Positions 9,170-19,019 of a stretch of 64,000 nucleotides of DNA are shown here, in pieces. Below the pieces are notes generated by a model. That model had not been told where the DNA came from. It did not search any database and worked only from the letters and a program-made list of their open reading frames with translations. Origin of the DNA: Pseudomonadota bacterium (GTDB lineage: Bacteria; Bdellovibrionota; Bdellovibrionia; Bdellovibrionales; SG-bin7). The stretch lies in NCBI GenBank assembly GCA_034439715.1, contig JAWXAY010000043.1, forward strand, positions 18,261 through 82,260, read 5' to 3'. The translations under genes were made by a program, and so were the position numbers. Each line of letters begins with the position of its first letter. Position 1 is the first letter of the stretch.

Positions 9170-9476
9170 AAATGAGTTTTTGGTGGGCCAGTATTACCTA
9201 AGCAAGGGTTATAAAGTAGTGGCACATCGCTTTAAAACTCCATTCGCCGAAGTCGATCTCATTTGCCAACACAAGAATCAGGAATTAGTGATCGTTGAAG
9301 TTAAAAGTGCAGCCGAGCCTTTTTGGGAGTCTTACCGAATAGGTTTTCGACAAAAACATCGCCTAAAAAACGCCGCGATCCATCTGATGGAGAAATCGGG
9401 TAGAAATATTGAAGTTCACCTGGCTTTCGTCGATAAAGATGGCAGAATCGACATCTTAAGAGATTTCTTGGGTTGA
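9138..9476 (+). CDS. YraN/UPF0102 family endonuclease-like protein
   Basis: [12 protein letters not shown] and IVEVK PD-(D/E)xK pattern; follows rnhB; likely start ATG 9138. Confidence 0.85.
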   Translation: MKDKRHLTGYKNEFLVGQYYLSKGYKVVAHRFKTPFAEVDLICQHKNQELVIVEVKSAAEPFWESYRIGFRQKHRLKNAAIHLMEKSGRNIEVHLAFVDKDGRIDILRDFLG

Positions 9477-9509
9477 CAGAAGCGCTATATCCTAAAAGAC
9501 TTAAGGTAT

Positions 9510-9911
9510 ATGAGACAGGTTTTGATTTTAGCGGTATCGCTCGCAGTTGCAGTATTTGGCGTCTATCAGCCGAACGCAGATGCCCAGGCATCTCCGCCAA
9601 AAGAATTCATCACTAGCGTCACTTACGGAGTATTGGCAGGGACTTTGATGGGGATAGCTTCGCTGGCGTTTACAAAAAATCCTGGTGAAAATTTAAACAG
9701 GATTGCCAGAGGGGCCTCCTTAGGACTTTACTTGGGAATTGCCTTAGGTTTTTATGTCGCCTATGGCGTGAGTGAGGAGCCTGCGGATGATATGGTACGA
9801 CTAAATCAACCCAGGCAGACGCTTCCAGATCCGCGCCTAATTGTTTATCCTTTGTTAGACGAAAAAGGCTTAGAGGGTGTCGCGGCTTTGTGGCAGGTTA
9901 CCTCTTTTTAA
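9510..9911 (+). CDS. Hypothetical exported/membrane protein with glycine-zipper-like helices
   Basis: Signal peptide (ADA/AQA); YGVLAGTLMG and GASLGLYLGIALG small-residue helices. Confidence 0.75.
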   Translation: MRQVLILAVSLAVAVFGVYQPNADAQASPPKEFITSVTYGVLAGTLMGIASLAFTKNPGENLNRIARGASLGLYLGIALGFYVAYGVSEEPADDMVRLNQPRQTLPDPRLIVYPLLDEKGLEGVAALWQVTSF

Positions 9912-12265
9912 GTTCCATCAAAACTAAAATTAATCTTCGACGTAATTTCAGGCTTCTGTAATTGTTCCTGAGTCAAAGTAAAAATAAAAACCACACAATT
10001 TCCCGGGGGCTTGATGGTAACACCTGTTCCCCAAGACTCCACATTATAGCCAACAAAGGAATAATTTAGGCCTCCTTCAAGGTTGAAATATTTAGTGATT
10101 AAGCCGAGCTGAGTTCCCACTGTTTCCTCACGTTCAGAAAAAACAACAGATCTAACTTCGGGAATGGTAAATTTTTGTGTGTAGCTCAACTGAAAATAAT
10201 TTCCAAAATTAGAAAAAAACTTTACTCGTGAAGACGTGTTAACTGTGTGATGGTAAGGGAAATACTGAAAAACTGAATTGGTTTCAAAATTATCAAACCT
10301 TAAATCCAAGAGAGTGGTAATTTCTGACCAAGTACGAATATTAGATTCGGTATCTTTCTTAGCAGCCTCTACGAGGTCATAAGTTTGGATAACTTTTAAA
10401 GTTCCGGCTTGAAAGTACTCTGGGTCGTTAGTATTGAGACGCTTGCGGATCAGTTTGCTGCCAACACCTAGGGTAATAAGATTTTTGTCTAAAACGCGAT
10501 CAAAATAGTCAAATTGCAGGCCAGACTTTCCAAAAAAATCTTGATCGGTCAAGGGTTGGTACCTTTTAAAGTTTGGTAGATTATTGGTGTCTCCAAAAAA
10601 AGAATGATTGGGAGTTTCTATGAAGGGAATGTTTGACCAGCTGATTTCTGGAATTATTTGATGCTTATAGCGGGATTCTTTACCTTCATAAATCCGATCA
10701 AAAGTTGTGCGGGTTGATACAAGACCCTGTAGATATCTCCGTAAAGCTTGTTGCGAAAAACCGGCATTGTCAGCGCCGAACTCATAGTGAGTTTCTCGAA
10801 AAGATATAGTGGGCACAACTTCAAAAATGTCTGCAGGAAAAAATATATACGATAGTGAAGGTTGAATGTCAAAGCGTTGACCCGTGCGAATAATATCACG
10901 ATCATTAGGATTTAGCACTGAACCATTAGGTTCAAAAACTCCATCGGGAGTTGGTTTCTTTTTTCTGGTTACGGTCAAGCCATCGCAACCAATGCCTACG
11001 TCTCCTGTTACCGGATTAGGATCACAGGGTGTGATATCGTCATATGCCAGTCCATTACGTGCAAAATTCTGATACTGAGCATCGAGCTTAAACAGAAAGT
11101 TAGAATTAGCAATTGGACTTTGAACCAACGAGTATTTTATCTCTGGCAATCGATGAACGGCGTCGTCGTTATTATCTAATGGGTTTGTCTTGAGTAAATT
11201 AGTGTAGAGATCGGCCTCAATTCCTGCAAAATAACTGTCAGACTTTTTGGTAAGAGCAAATCTGTTTTCGATTGCTGGATTTCCGACCTCTTCAAGTTCT
11301 TTAGAAAAATCTGAAAGGTATTGGAGATCGCTCAAAAGCGTAAAATTTGCGCGGTGGGTGTATCCCTGAGGTAGATCCAGAAAATGTTTGTATTTTGTAA
11401 ACCAACGATTGATTTCTCGGCCTTTGTCTTCATCGTTTAGCCTAAGAGAAGAAGGAAATACCCTGTCATCTATAAAGGCCCCATCAAATTCAGCAAAGCT
11501 AAGGTCTGTCAGGCGATAGCGAGAGTTTGCAAGAAACTTAAGTCCTCTGCGATCGTAGTTTTTCAAAGTAAAAGTCGCGTCCTTATTCTGAGCTACGGCC
11601 CAAAACATACTTCCCCCGAATGCAGTACCCCCATCTTGGGTAAACTCATGACTGGGCAACAGTAGACCGCTTTGTCGGTCACTTTTGAGTGGCACTATTA
11701 TGTAGGGAAGAGCAAAAACTGGAATATTCAAAATTCTTAATACGGGCCACTTCATCTTCGCATAGCCACCCATTTCGGCATCAATATCGTAGCCAGAAAA
11801 GCTCCACATGCGAGGTAAGCAGTCGCAGGCCGTGTATTTTCCCACATCGGTTTTAAAATCATTCTCGCCAGTTTTTTGAATTTTATCACCTTCAAAAATG
11901 ACTTTTCCGGATTGAACTGAGCCTTGATATATCGTTCCCAAATTGGTTTTGTAATCGTATTCGACTTTTGCACCGTGAATTTGAAATTTAGCAGATTCTA
12001 ACACGACGTTAGTCTCAGCGACAATTCGCTCTTCCTTTTCAAAAATATCAGCTTTTTCACAGCGAAGTTTTTTACCATCGAATTCTAAAGAAATGTTTCC
12101 GCGTAAAAAGGCGATACCTTTGCCAACGTCTCGATCCATGTCATCGGCTTTAATGCCAAAACGTCGATAGATAGAGGTTTTTGGACTGTTTTGAGCGGCA
12201 AGGTCATTTGATAAGATCAATAATAGAAGGAACCAGGCAGTAGAAATAAATCTGAATTTAATCAT
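9908..12265 (-). CDS. lptD: LPS-assembly protein LptD
   Basis: Signal peptide; OstA-like N-terminus; YTACDC, RQSGLLLP, HRLPE, DCV/NCV-type C-terminal Cys; beta-strand-rich; 785 aa. Confidence 0.88.
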   Translation of the reverse strand: MIKFRFISTAWFLLLLILSNDLAAQNSPKTSIYRRFGIKADDMDRDVGKGIAFLRGNISLEFDGKKLRCEKADIFEKEERIVAETNVVLESAKFQIHGAKVEYDYKTNLGTIYQGSVQSGKVIFEGDKIQKTGENDFKTDVGKYTACDCLPRMWSFSGYDIDAEMGGYAKMKWPVLRILNIPVFALPYIIVPLKSDRQSGLLLPSHEFTQDGGTAFGGSMFWAVAQNKDATFTLKNYDRRGLKFLANSRYRLTDLSFAEFDGAFIDDRVFPSSLRLNDEDKGREINRWFTKYKHFLDLPQGYTHRANFTLLSDLQYLSDFSKELEEVGNPAIENRFALTKKSDSYFAGIEADLYTNLLKTNPLDNNDDAVHRLPEIKYSLVQSPIANSNFLFKLDAQYQNFARNGLAYDDITPCDPNPVTGDVGIGCDGLTVTRKKKPTPDGVFEPNGSVLNPNDRDIIRTGQRFDIQPSLSYIFFPADIFEVVPTISFRETHYEFGADNAGFSQQALRRYLQGLVSTRTTFDRIYEGKESRYKHQIIPEISWSNIPFIETPNHSFFGDTNNLPNFKRYQPLTDQDFFGKSGLQFDYFDRVLDKNLITLGVGSKLIRKRLNTNDPEYFQAGTLKVIQTYDLVEAAKKDTESNIRTWSEITTLLDLRFDNFETNSVFQYFPYHHTVNTSSRVKFFSNFGNYFQLSYTQKFTIPEVRSVVFSEREETVGTQLGLITKYFNLEGGLNYSFVGYNVESWGTGVTIKPPGNCVVFIFTLTQEQLQKPEITSKINFSFDGT

Positions 12266-15015
12266 TTAGTTTTCATAATAAATACTCCATCCCAATCGAC
12301 TGGGGGAGGATTTTCCAAGTAATTCATACAGCGTTCTAAATAGACCTTTGCTGGGCCGTCTAATGGATTGACGGCAAGCGCCTTGTTAAAACTATCAACG
12401 GCCTGTTGCCACTGCATCTTGTGGTAGTGAAGATATCCCTGATCAAACCATTTAATAGTTTCCATGATGTCAGAGGCAAGAGTTCCTTCGCCGACCAGCT
12501 CGAATATTTTAACGGGTTTTAGTTTTCCTTTAACCCGTACCCAATCTAGTTCACGCATGACAAATTTGCCCTGGATGTCAGCGTAGGTAAACTCGCTCAC
12601 AATAATTTTAGTCCCATACTGTTTAGTAATACCTTCTAGCCGTGAGCCTAAATTTACGCTGTCTCCCATAACAGTATAGCTTCGTACTGTCTCTGAACCC
12701 ATGTTGCCAACGCTCATATCGCCGGTGTTTAGACCTATTCCAATGTCAATTTCTGGTAGACCATTTTTGCGGTACTCAGCCTGAAGCTGCCTTAACTTTA
12801 CAAGTTGCTCAAGAGCACATCGTGCGGCCCAAGTCGCGTGGTCGGGAAAACTAATGGGCGCGCCGAAAAATGCCATAATAGCGTCACCCATGTATTTATC
12901 TAAAGTCCCTTTATTTTTGAAAACTATTTCAGTCATGGGCGTCAGGTAACTATTGAGCAAATCTCCGAGTGCTCGCGGGTCTAGCTTTTCTGAAATTGTC
13001 GTAAATCCTCTCACATCCGAGAAAAAAACTGTCATTCGTTCTTTACGTCCACCCAATTCAATTTTTCCAGGATCAGAAAGGACTTCATTAACGATCGACG
13101 GAGAGACGTATTTTTCAAAAGTTGACTTAAGTTTTTTCTTGTTTCGCTCCTCAGTAAAATATTTGTACGAAGTCAAAACTAGAAAAAGTCCTGCCACAAG
13201 CATCAGCGGAAAAATAATGGGAACAACGGTGCCTTTTTCAAAAAGAAAAAACTTGTCATAAAAATAAATTCCTGTGACGCCTAAGGCTGACATACCCAAT
13301 GCTAGAGCCGCGCCAAAATAACTGACCACAAAGGTAAAAATTATACCTAAGACCAATAGAGATATCAGCATCTGCGCCTCCTTGTCTTTGGAAGCCTCGA
13401 TATAATAATTATGTTGTAAAATATTATCCAAAATATTGGCGTGGGTTTCCAATCCTGGATAGTTTTCTTCAAAGGGGGTAACCCTTAAGTCAAAAATGCC
13501 TGTGGCTGTGGCTCCCACAAGCAACATTTTATTTTTTAAAAATTCGGACTTGTTGGCTACAAATGTTTTCTCTTCCCAACGGTTATCTTTTTGATTTTTT
13601 ACTTTTTTAGTATAGGTTAGCTTTTCGTCGCTACTTAAAATGTCGGCGACACTTACGTGAGGGTACATCTTTTGCGGTCCGGCAAAATTTATCAAAAGTT
13701 CGCCTTTAAAGTTCACAGGTATGGAGCCAATTTTTTTTGCCTCTTCATCTACAATCTGAAAGTCTGATATTTTTTTAAAAGAGGGGTCAATTTCATCAGC
13801 ATGAAACTGCATTTGAAAGTTACTTTCTGTAGTTTTACCATAGGCCACTAAGAAAGTTTTCAATGCTAGTGACGGATAATAGTTACTGCCAGAGCGGATG
13901 ATAAGCGGCGTACGTCGAATTGTTCCGTCAGAGTCTTGAATAGCGTTGAAGAAGCCAATGTTTTTTGCGACTTCGCTAATAGCCGAATAATTATGCCACC
14001 AACGCTCGACCGCTCGCACAGGGTTGTGGGGATAGCCTTCTCTAAGTCGGGCCACGGCCTGCTCAAAAGTGGGGTTGCCCTCGATGTCCGGTTGGATAGC
14101 TGGCCAAGAATCTTTAAATTGAGAAAAAATTTCATCTGATTTTTCATCAAGCCAACGGTCACAATAGTTAGAATTCTCGGCACGAATTTCTCGATCCAAG
14201 TATACCTGTTGTGTTTTAGTTAATGGCTGTCCAGCAGCAATATTGTTGGTGGTCAAGTAATTATCAGTAATTTTCTTTTCTAAAGAAACTTTATGATTCT
14301 TGATGATTTCACTCCAGGGCCCTGGCATCTCATCTTCAAACATAACCGAAACATCAAAGACTACTGGTGCAGTGGTGTGGCTCCATGAGAGATATTCTGA
14401 GGTGTCTTTATAGAAAGCGTGCGTGCACATATTGCGATGGCCATTATACAAAAAACCATTATAGTAATAGTCTCCGTACACTCCCATTACCAAGCGATCG
14501 CCAAATTTAGAAATGCTTTTAGCTAAATCATTGTCGGTGTTGGCTTTAGCAAGGGCTTCATCTATAATTGGCAGCATTTGCGGGGGAGTAGCAGGGTGCA
14601 TTTTTAAATCCCGAAGAGAGAGCACTGTTGCATTGAGGTCTTCTTCAGAAAAAATAATATCGAAGCCAATCGCTCGGGCTCCTGAACTAAGTAAGTTTTC
14701 TATAATGTTTTTTATTTTTAGGCGTGGCCATGGCCAACGTCCTTCTTGCTCTAAAGATTTTTCATCAACTGTGATAAGGGCAATGTCTTCTGAAACCTCT
14801 CTCTCGCCACGAGCGCGAAATCTTAGATCGATAGAAAAATGATGGAGCTTTTTTAGAATTTCTATATATTTGTTGGGCGCCGGATCGTCCTTATGAAGAA
14901 GGTACTGAAAAGTTCCGCCAAAATAGGTCAACGTAATCAGTGCTCCAATAAAGTAGGAAGTTGCAAAAGGCCTTAGATATTTCTTATAGTTCCAGCGGTT
15001 TTTTTTCTCATTCAT
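12262..15015 (-). CDS. CHASE2-domain class III adenylate cyclase with C-terminal TPR
   Basis: GRWPWPR and DSDGTIRR CHASE2 motifs; three TM; FSDVRGFT, DKYMGDAIM (Lys = ATP specificity), VMGDSVNLGSRLEG; WDGV tail. Confidence 0.95.
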   Translation of the reverse strand: MNEKKNRWNYKKYLRPFATSYFIGALITLTYFGGTFQYLLHKDDPAPNKYIEILKKLHHFSIDLRFRARGEREVSEDIALITVDEKSLEQEGRWPWPRLKIKNIIENLLSSGARAIGFDIIFSEEDLNATVLSLRDLKMHPATPPQMLPIIDEALAKANTDNDLAKSISKFGDRLVMGVYGDYYYNGFLYNGHRNMCTHAFYKDTSEYLSWSHTTAPVVFDVSVMFEDEMPGPWSEIIKNHKVSLEKKITDNYLTTNNIAAGQPLTKTQQVYLDREIRAENSNYCDRWLDEKSDEIFSQFKDSWPAIQPDIEGNPTFEQAVARLREGYPHNPVRAVERWWHNYSAISEVAKNIGFFNAIQDSDGTIRRTPLIIRSGSNYYPSLALKTFLVAYGKTTESNFQMQFHADEIDPSFKKISDFQIVDEEAKKIGSIPVNFKGELLINFAGPQKMYPHVSVADILSSDEKLTYTKKVKNQKDNRWEEKTFVANKSEFLKNKMLLVGATATGIFDLRVTPFEENYPGLETHANILDNILQHNYYIEASKDKEAQMLISLLVLGIIFTFVVSYFGAALALGMSALGVTGIYFYDKFFLFEKGTVVPIIFPLMLVAGLFLVLTSYKYFTEERNKKKLKSTFEKYVSPSIVNEVLSDPGKIELGGRKERMTVFFSDVRGFTTISEKLDPRALGDLLNSYLTPMTEIVFKNKGTLDKYMGDAIMAFFGAPISFPDHATWAARCALEQLVKLRQLQAEYRKNGLPEIDIGIGLNTGDMSVGNMGSETVRSYTVMGDSVNLGSRLEGITKQYGTKIIVSEFTYADIQGKFVMRELDWVRVKGKLKPVKIFELVGEGTLASDIMETIKWFDQGYLHYHKMQWQQAVDSFNKALAVNPLDGPAKVYLERCMNYLENPPPVDWDGVFIMKTK

Positions 15016-15098
15016 TCGACTATTATGCCACGCCCAGGTCTTGTGACAAGTTTTGAAACACCAGGACTTTGGATTAGGTAGAGTTTTTAGGCTGCGAC

Positions 15099-15127
15099 TT
15101 GCCGAGATTGACCTAAAAAACTATAAT
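15099..15127 (+). promoter_or_regulatory. Sigma70-type promoter for the STAS gene
   Basis: TTGCCG-N17-TATAAT, 36 nt upstream of the ATG. Confidence 0.65.
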
Positions 15128-15163
15128 TGAGACATCACCTAACTCTAGAATTCGGAGCTAAAA

Positions 15164-15571
15164 ATGGAAATAAGTTTTTCTAAGTTTGATCAGGTCACAG
15201 TTGTACATCTCTCGGGCAAGATTGATTTTGAGTCGATCAAGTCGTTTCGTTTGATTTGTGCTCGAAATTGGAACAAATCCCGGGTTCTTTTTGATTTCGA
15301 GAAATTGAATTTTGTCGGTTCAAGTGGAATTACTTATTTAGTAGAAGCCGTAGAAAACCTGCACAAACTGGGCGAGGCGATTTTAGGATTTTGTTATTTG
15401 AAATCAGAGTTTCGTCGAATTTTCGAGGCAGGTCCACTAAAGGACATTCCTATATTTGACAATTTAGGTAATGCTGTAAAGGGGCTGATGCAAAGGAACT
15501 CAACAGTTATAGAGTTACCACCTATTGAGAACTTAGATCCTCTACCTCTGAAATCTGTTGACGTAAACTAG
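15164..15571 (+). CDS. STAS domain anti-sigma factor antagonist
   Basis: VVHLSGKID and FDFEKLNFVGSSGI with the phospho-acceptor Ser motif; SD ggag. Confidence 0.88.
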   Translation: MEISFSKFDQVTVVHLSGKIDFESIKSFRLICARNWNKSRVLFDFEKLNFVGSSGITYLVEAVENLHKLGEAILGFCYLKSEFRRIFEAGPLKDIPIFDNLGNAVKGLMQRNSTVIELPPIENLDPLPLKSVDVN

Positions 15572-17000
15572 GCTGTTCTAAAATAGGCTTTTTGCTGAAA
15601 CCTGATTGAATTTCTGCCATAAGGGTTTCTAAATGATTAAGTTGGGTTAATGTGACCTCATTTTCTTTCGATAAGATATCAATTCGCTTTTTAGAATAAT
15701 GAGTGTGCGTATGTTTTTGCTCCGTCAGTTGGTCATTTTCTTCGCGGTGAGCCTTCAATTTTAACATGAGCTCGGTATTAAGTGCTCGAAGTGACTCTTC
15801 TTTTAATTTGAGCTCGTCCATCCGAACGCGGTAATCGTTCCACAAAGCTGTCAATGACGAGACTTCGTTATCGAGATTTGCGTTCTTGATCTTAAGATCA
15901 CTATTTACTTTGCGTAAAATTTCAACTTCTTCATTGAGAGCACCAAGGGAGAGATCTTTCTCATTATTTTCTCGTCGGATGGACCCAATGATAGATTGGG
16001 CGTCATCTAAATCCTTCTGAAATTGAACATTCTTTTCGGCTAGGCGACGATGATCAAAAATGATTCGATTGTCGAGCTCCACGATTTTCTCTTCAAAAGA
16101 ATTACTCTTCAACAAAATTTTATTATTTTCACCCTTCAATTGGGTCAGTGTGCTGTCTTGTACTAAAACCTGATTTTCAAGCTCCGCGATCTTTTTAAAT
16201 TGACTATCAATAGTCGTCTTTTGAATGCCGATATAATTTAGTGTCTCTAGTGATTTACCTTTTAATTCTTGATGGGCTGTTGTCAAATGTTGGAGCTGAG
16301 TTTCGAATTTTTTTTGCTCTTCAATAGTTTGCTTAAAGTGCCTTAGCATTGCAGGAGCAACGCGTTTGATGCGAGTACGGTATTTTTCAGCGCGCCGCAC
16401 TTTTTTCTCTAATTCTTCCCGATGGTGATACCAGTCAGATTTAAGGGACTCGCAATCATCGGCAAGATCTAAAAATTTACTTTTTAACTCCAAAATCACC
16501 GGTGCGATGTATTTCTTAATCCGTCGTTGATACCTTTGAAACTTTCGCTCTCCTTTTTGGTAGGCCACTTCGGCAGATTCAAGTAGAATTTTTTGGTTTT
16601 CTATTGTGTCTTCAAAAAATCGACTTTGTTGATCTGTTTTTATGAGAATATCTGTGTGGTGTTTTTCAAGTTCATCATATCTACTTGTGATTTCAGAGAA
16701 ACCACGTTCTGTTTTTTCTTTTCTTTCGATAGTGTGTTTAGACTTTTCTTTAAGAATTAAAACTTGGTCATTAAGATATTCCATCTTTTGAACTAATTCT
16801 TTATTTTTGTTTAGGCCATCACGATTAAGTTGCTCTAATTTTAGAGCTCGTTTTAGGTTTACGGATAGCCGCGCCATTAGGTCATCGTTTTGATTGAGCA
16901 AATTTTCAATGGCCTGACTTTCCAATTGTTCCTTCGATAAAGAACTGACGTCTAGCTTCTTGGGAAGTTGGTCGGGCAAAGGTATAGCATTTATATCCAA
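15522..17000 (-). CDS. Long cytoplasmic coiled-coil protein
   Basis: SD ggagg before TTG; heptad-rich E/K/L/Q composition over ~450 aa; no TM segment. Confidence 0.8.
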   Translation of the reverse strand: MDINAIPLPDQLPKKLDVSSLSKEQLESQAIENLLNQNDDLMARLSVNLKRALKLEQLNRDGLNKNKELVQKMEYLNDQVLILKEKSKHTIERKEKTERGFSEITSRYDELEKHHTDILIKTDQQSRFFEDTIENQKILLESAEVAYQKGERKFQRYQRRIKKYIAPVILELKSKFLDLADDCESLKSDWYHHREELEKKVRRAEKYRTRIKRVAPAMLRHFKQTIEEQKKFETQLQHLTTAHQELKGKSLETLNYIGIQKTTIDSQFKKIAELENQVLVQDSTLTQLKGENNKILLKSNSFEEKIVELDNRIIFDHRRLAEKNVQFQKDLDDAQSIIGSIRRENNEKDLSLGALNEEVEILRKVNSDLKIKNANLDNEVSSLTALWNDYRVRMDELKLKEESLRALNTELMLKLKAHREENDQLTEQKHTHTHYSKKRIDILSKENEVTLTQLNHLETLMAEIQSGFSKKPILEQPSLRQQISEVEDLSSQ

Positions 17001-17104
17001 ATCCGTCCTCCATGACGAGTCTAGCCTGATTATAGGTGGAATATCTTAGTATCAAAATGAAATTGTCACAAAATGGTAAAAGCCAGACTTTCGTCGTGGA
17101 ATGC

Positions 17105-17132
17105 TAAATGTAGTCCTGCATTATGACGATAG
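17105..17132 (+). promoter_or_regulatory. Sigma28 (FliA)-like promoter
   Basis: TAAA-N16-GACGATAG, 6 nt before ATG 17139. Confidence 0.4.
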
Positions 17133-17138
17133 TAGGGT

Positions 17139-17714
17139 ATGGGGCAAATCGTACTTCAGGCCAATCTCGAGGGATTAAGAAAAATCCAAAAAATGGAAGA
17201 GGACCTTATTCGCGAAGTGAGTGAATCAGATCGCATGGGCACGCTTGCCCACCGGATTCTCATTCTTGTGGCTCATAAATCCTATGCTCAGGCGCTCAAT
17301 GACCTTCAGGAATATGTCAAATTTAGATCGAAAGATTATTCTGCTTTTTACTTGGCCTCCCATCGTTATGTAATTCGAATGCAAAATATAATCTCCGCAA
17401 TTGAAAAGCAACGGGGAGTAAAGGGTATAGAAAATTTCACCGAGAGTAAAAAGCATGAAGTTTTTGAAGTAGTCAAAGATTACTTTAAAGAGTTAAGAAA
17501 TCAAATTCGTGGAATAGAAAGTGCTGAGCATTCGTTAAAGGTCGAAGATGTTCGATCGACAGTTTGGGTTGTCTGGGCGTTGACATATAGTATGGTTGGA
17601 ATTTTTGTTTTGGCTCTTATTTTAGATTTGGCATCTGGCTCGTTTCTCACCTTGTACTTAGTCTTAAAGGACACCTATTTACAGGCTTGTACATGGATCA
17701 TTGGTCTTCTTTAA
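17139..17714 (+). CDS. Hypothetical protein, helical cytoplasmic domain with C-terminal membrane anchor
   Basis: 191-aa ORF; hydrophobic C-terminus VWVVWALTYSMVGIFVLALIL. Confidence 0.75.
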   Translation: MGQIVLQANLEGLRKIQKMEEDLIREVSESDRMGTLAHRILILVAHKSYAQALNDLQEYVKFRSKDYSAFYLASHRYVIRMQNIISAIEKQRGVKGIENFTESKKHEVFEVVKDYFKELRNQIRGIESAEHSLKVEDVRSTVWVVWALTYSMVGIFVLALILDLASGSFLTLYLVLKDTYLQACTWIIGLL

Positions 17715-18907
17715 TTTAGTCCCAGTGAATTGTAGGCCTTCTGTAATACCGTTTTGCGGTGGGCATAGGGCAGTTGTCGACCATTTACGTAAATCGAGGG
17801 GGTTCCCTTTACCCCGGCTTGCTTGCCAGCATTAATTAGCTTTTTAATAGCAAGTTCAGTATCTGGAGATTTCATACATTTCTGTAAATCATCCTTATTG
17901 AGTTTGAGTTCAGTTAACGACTGTTCAATTTTCTGATCCACTTCTGTAAATCCGCTAACTCCAACCAGATTTTTAAAAAACCAAGAGTGAGATTCGGGTC
18001 CTTTACCCAGTTGATTGGCACAAAAGGCATTTTTAGAAATGCGGCAATTGGGTCCGACTTCCCCTTTGGGACCGGCCTCACAGCCGTCAAGTGGAAATGT
18101 GAAGTAGAGAAGTCTTGCGGTCGGATGAGAATCTACGAATTCATGAAGTATTTGGGCAGCGGTCTGACAATGGGAACACAAGAAATCAGCAAATTCTACA
18201 ATAAAAAAAGGAGAAGCGGTTTCGTGCGATCCAAACTCGATACCTTGGAGCGCACTAAAATCATACTGAGTATTGCTTTGCCATTCTTGGATTGCGGTAG
18301 ATTCCATCTTTTCAAGATCAGCAAGACCCGTGTTTTGCCAAACAATGGCGTTTACTAACCAGCTCAAAGCCAGAATAGTTAAATATACAGCTAGTGTTTT
18401 AGACTTATTTAAAGATCCCACAAAAGGAAAAAAATCCCGGTACATTTTAGTGCCGCTAAGATTCCAAAGACTGAGGAATGATACCAATGAAAACCCATAG
18501 AGCAAAATACAAAAAGGGCAATAAACATGCATCAATGAAAGCGAAATGGCGCCCATAATAAAAGAAGCAAACAGTATAGGCGTTGAAAACCAAAAACTAA
18601 TTTGGGCTTGTCTGTGATTTGTCGAAAAAAGTTTATAATTGACTAGCATCAGAAGTAAAATGAGGTTGGAAACCGCTCCAAACATTGCCACTGGAGTACC
18701 AAAAATTTCAGAATATGTGCTACTGACAACGGCGGAACAGTTAAACTTCTTTGAAAGGTCGCAAATGCTATCTTCGCCAACACCAATTTGTGTCTTGAGG
18801 TGTACTGTGTAGAGGTAAATGTGGACCAGAACAGAAGCAAGTGTTGAAAAAAGAGCCAACCAGATAAGCTTAGGACTTTGGGCTGATGAATCTCTAGTGG
18901 GTATCAT
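17711..18907 (-). CDS. VKOR-DsbA/thioredoxin fusion (disulfide bond formation)
   Basis: VKOR loop C-x7-C..VVSSTYSEIFGTP and CPFC; thioredoxin FADFLCSHC and cis-Pro GTPS. Confidence 0.93.
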   Translation of the reverse strand: MIPTRDSSAQSPKLIWLALFSTLASVLVHIYLYTVHLKTQIGVGEDSICDLSKKFNCSAVVSSTYSEIFGTPVAMFGAVSNLILLLMLVNYKLFSTNHRQAQISFWFSTPILFASFIMGAISLSLMHVYCPFCILLYGFSLVSFLSLWNLSGTKMYRDFFPFVGSLNKSKTLAVYLTILALSWLVNAIVWQNTGLADLEKMESTAIQEWQSNTQYDFSALQGIEFGSHETASPFFIVEFADFLCSHCQTAAQILHEFVDSHPTARLLYFTFPLDGCEAGPKGEVGPNCRISKNAFCANQLGKGPESHSWFFKNLVGVSGFTEVDQKIEQSLTELKLNKDDLQKCMKSPDTELAIKKLINAGKQAGVKGTPSIYVNGRQLPYAHRKTVLQKAYNSLGLN

Positions 18908-19019
18908 TATTAGTTGATTACAGCCACTTTAACCCAACAAATCAACTAAAAATCTACTCATGGTGTTGGCTTTGACCAAAAATATGTTAAAATTTTTAAT
19001 GAGGGTGAGGTAGTTTTTA

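Noticed and set aside
17711..18907. VKOR-DsbA fusion as a novelty
   Set aside because: This is a known architecture replacing DsbB/DsbA in several phyla.
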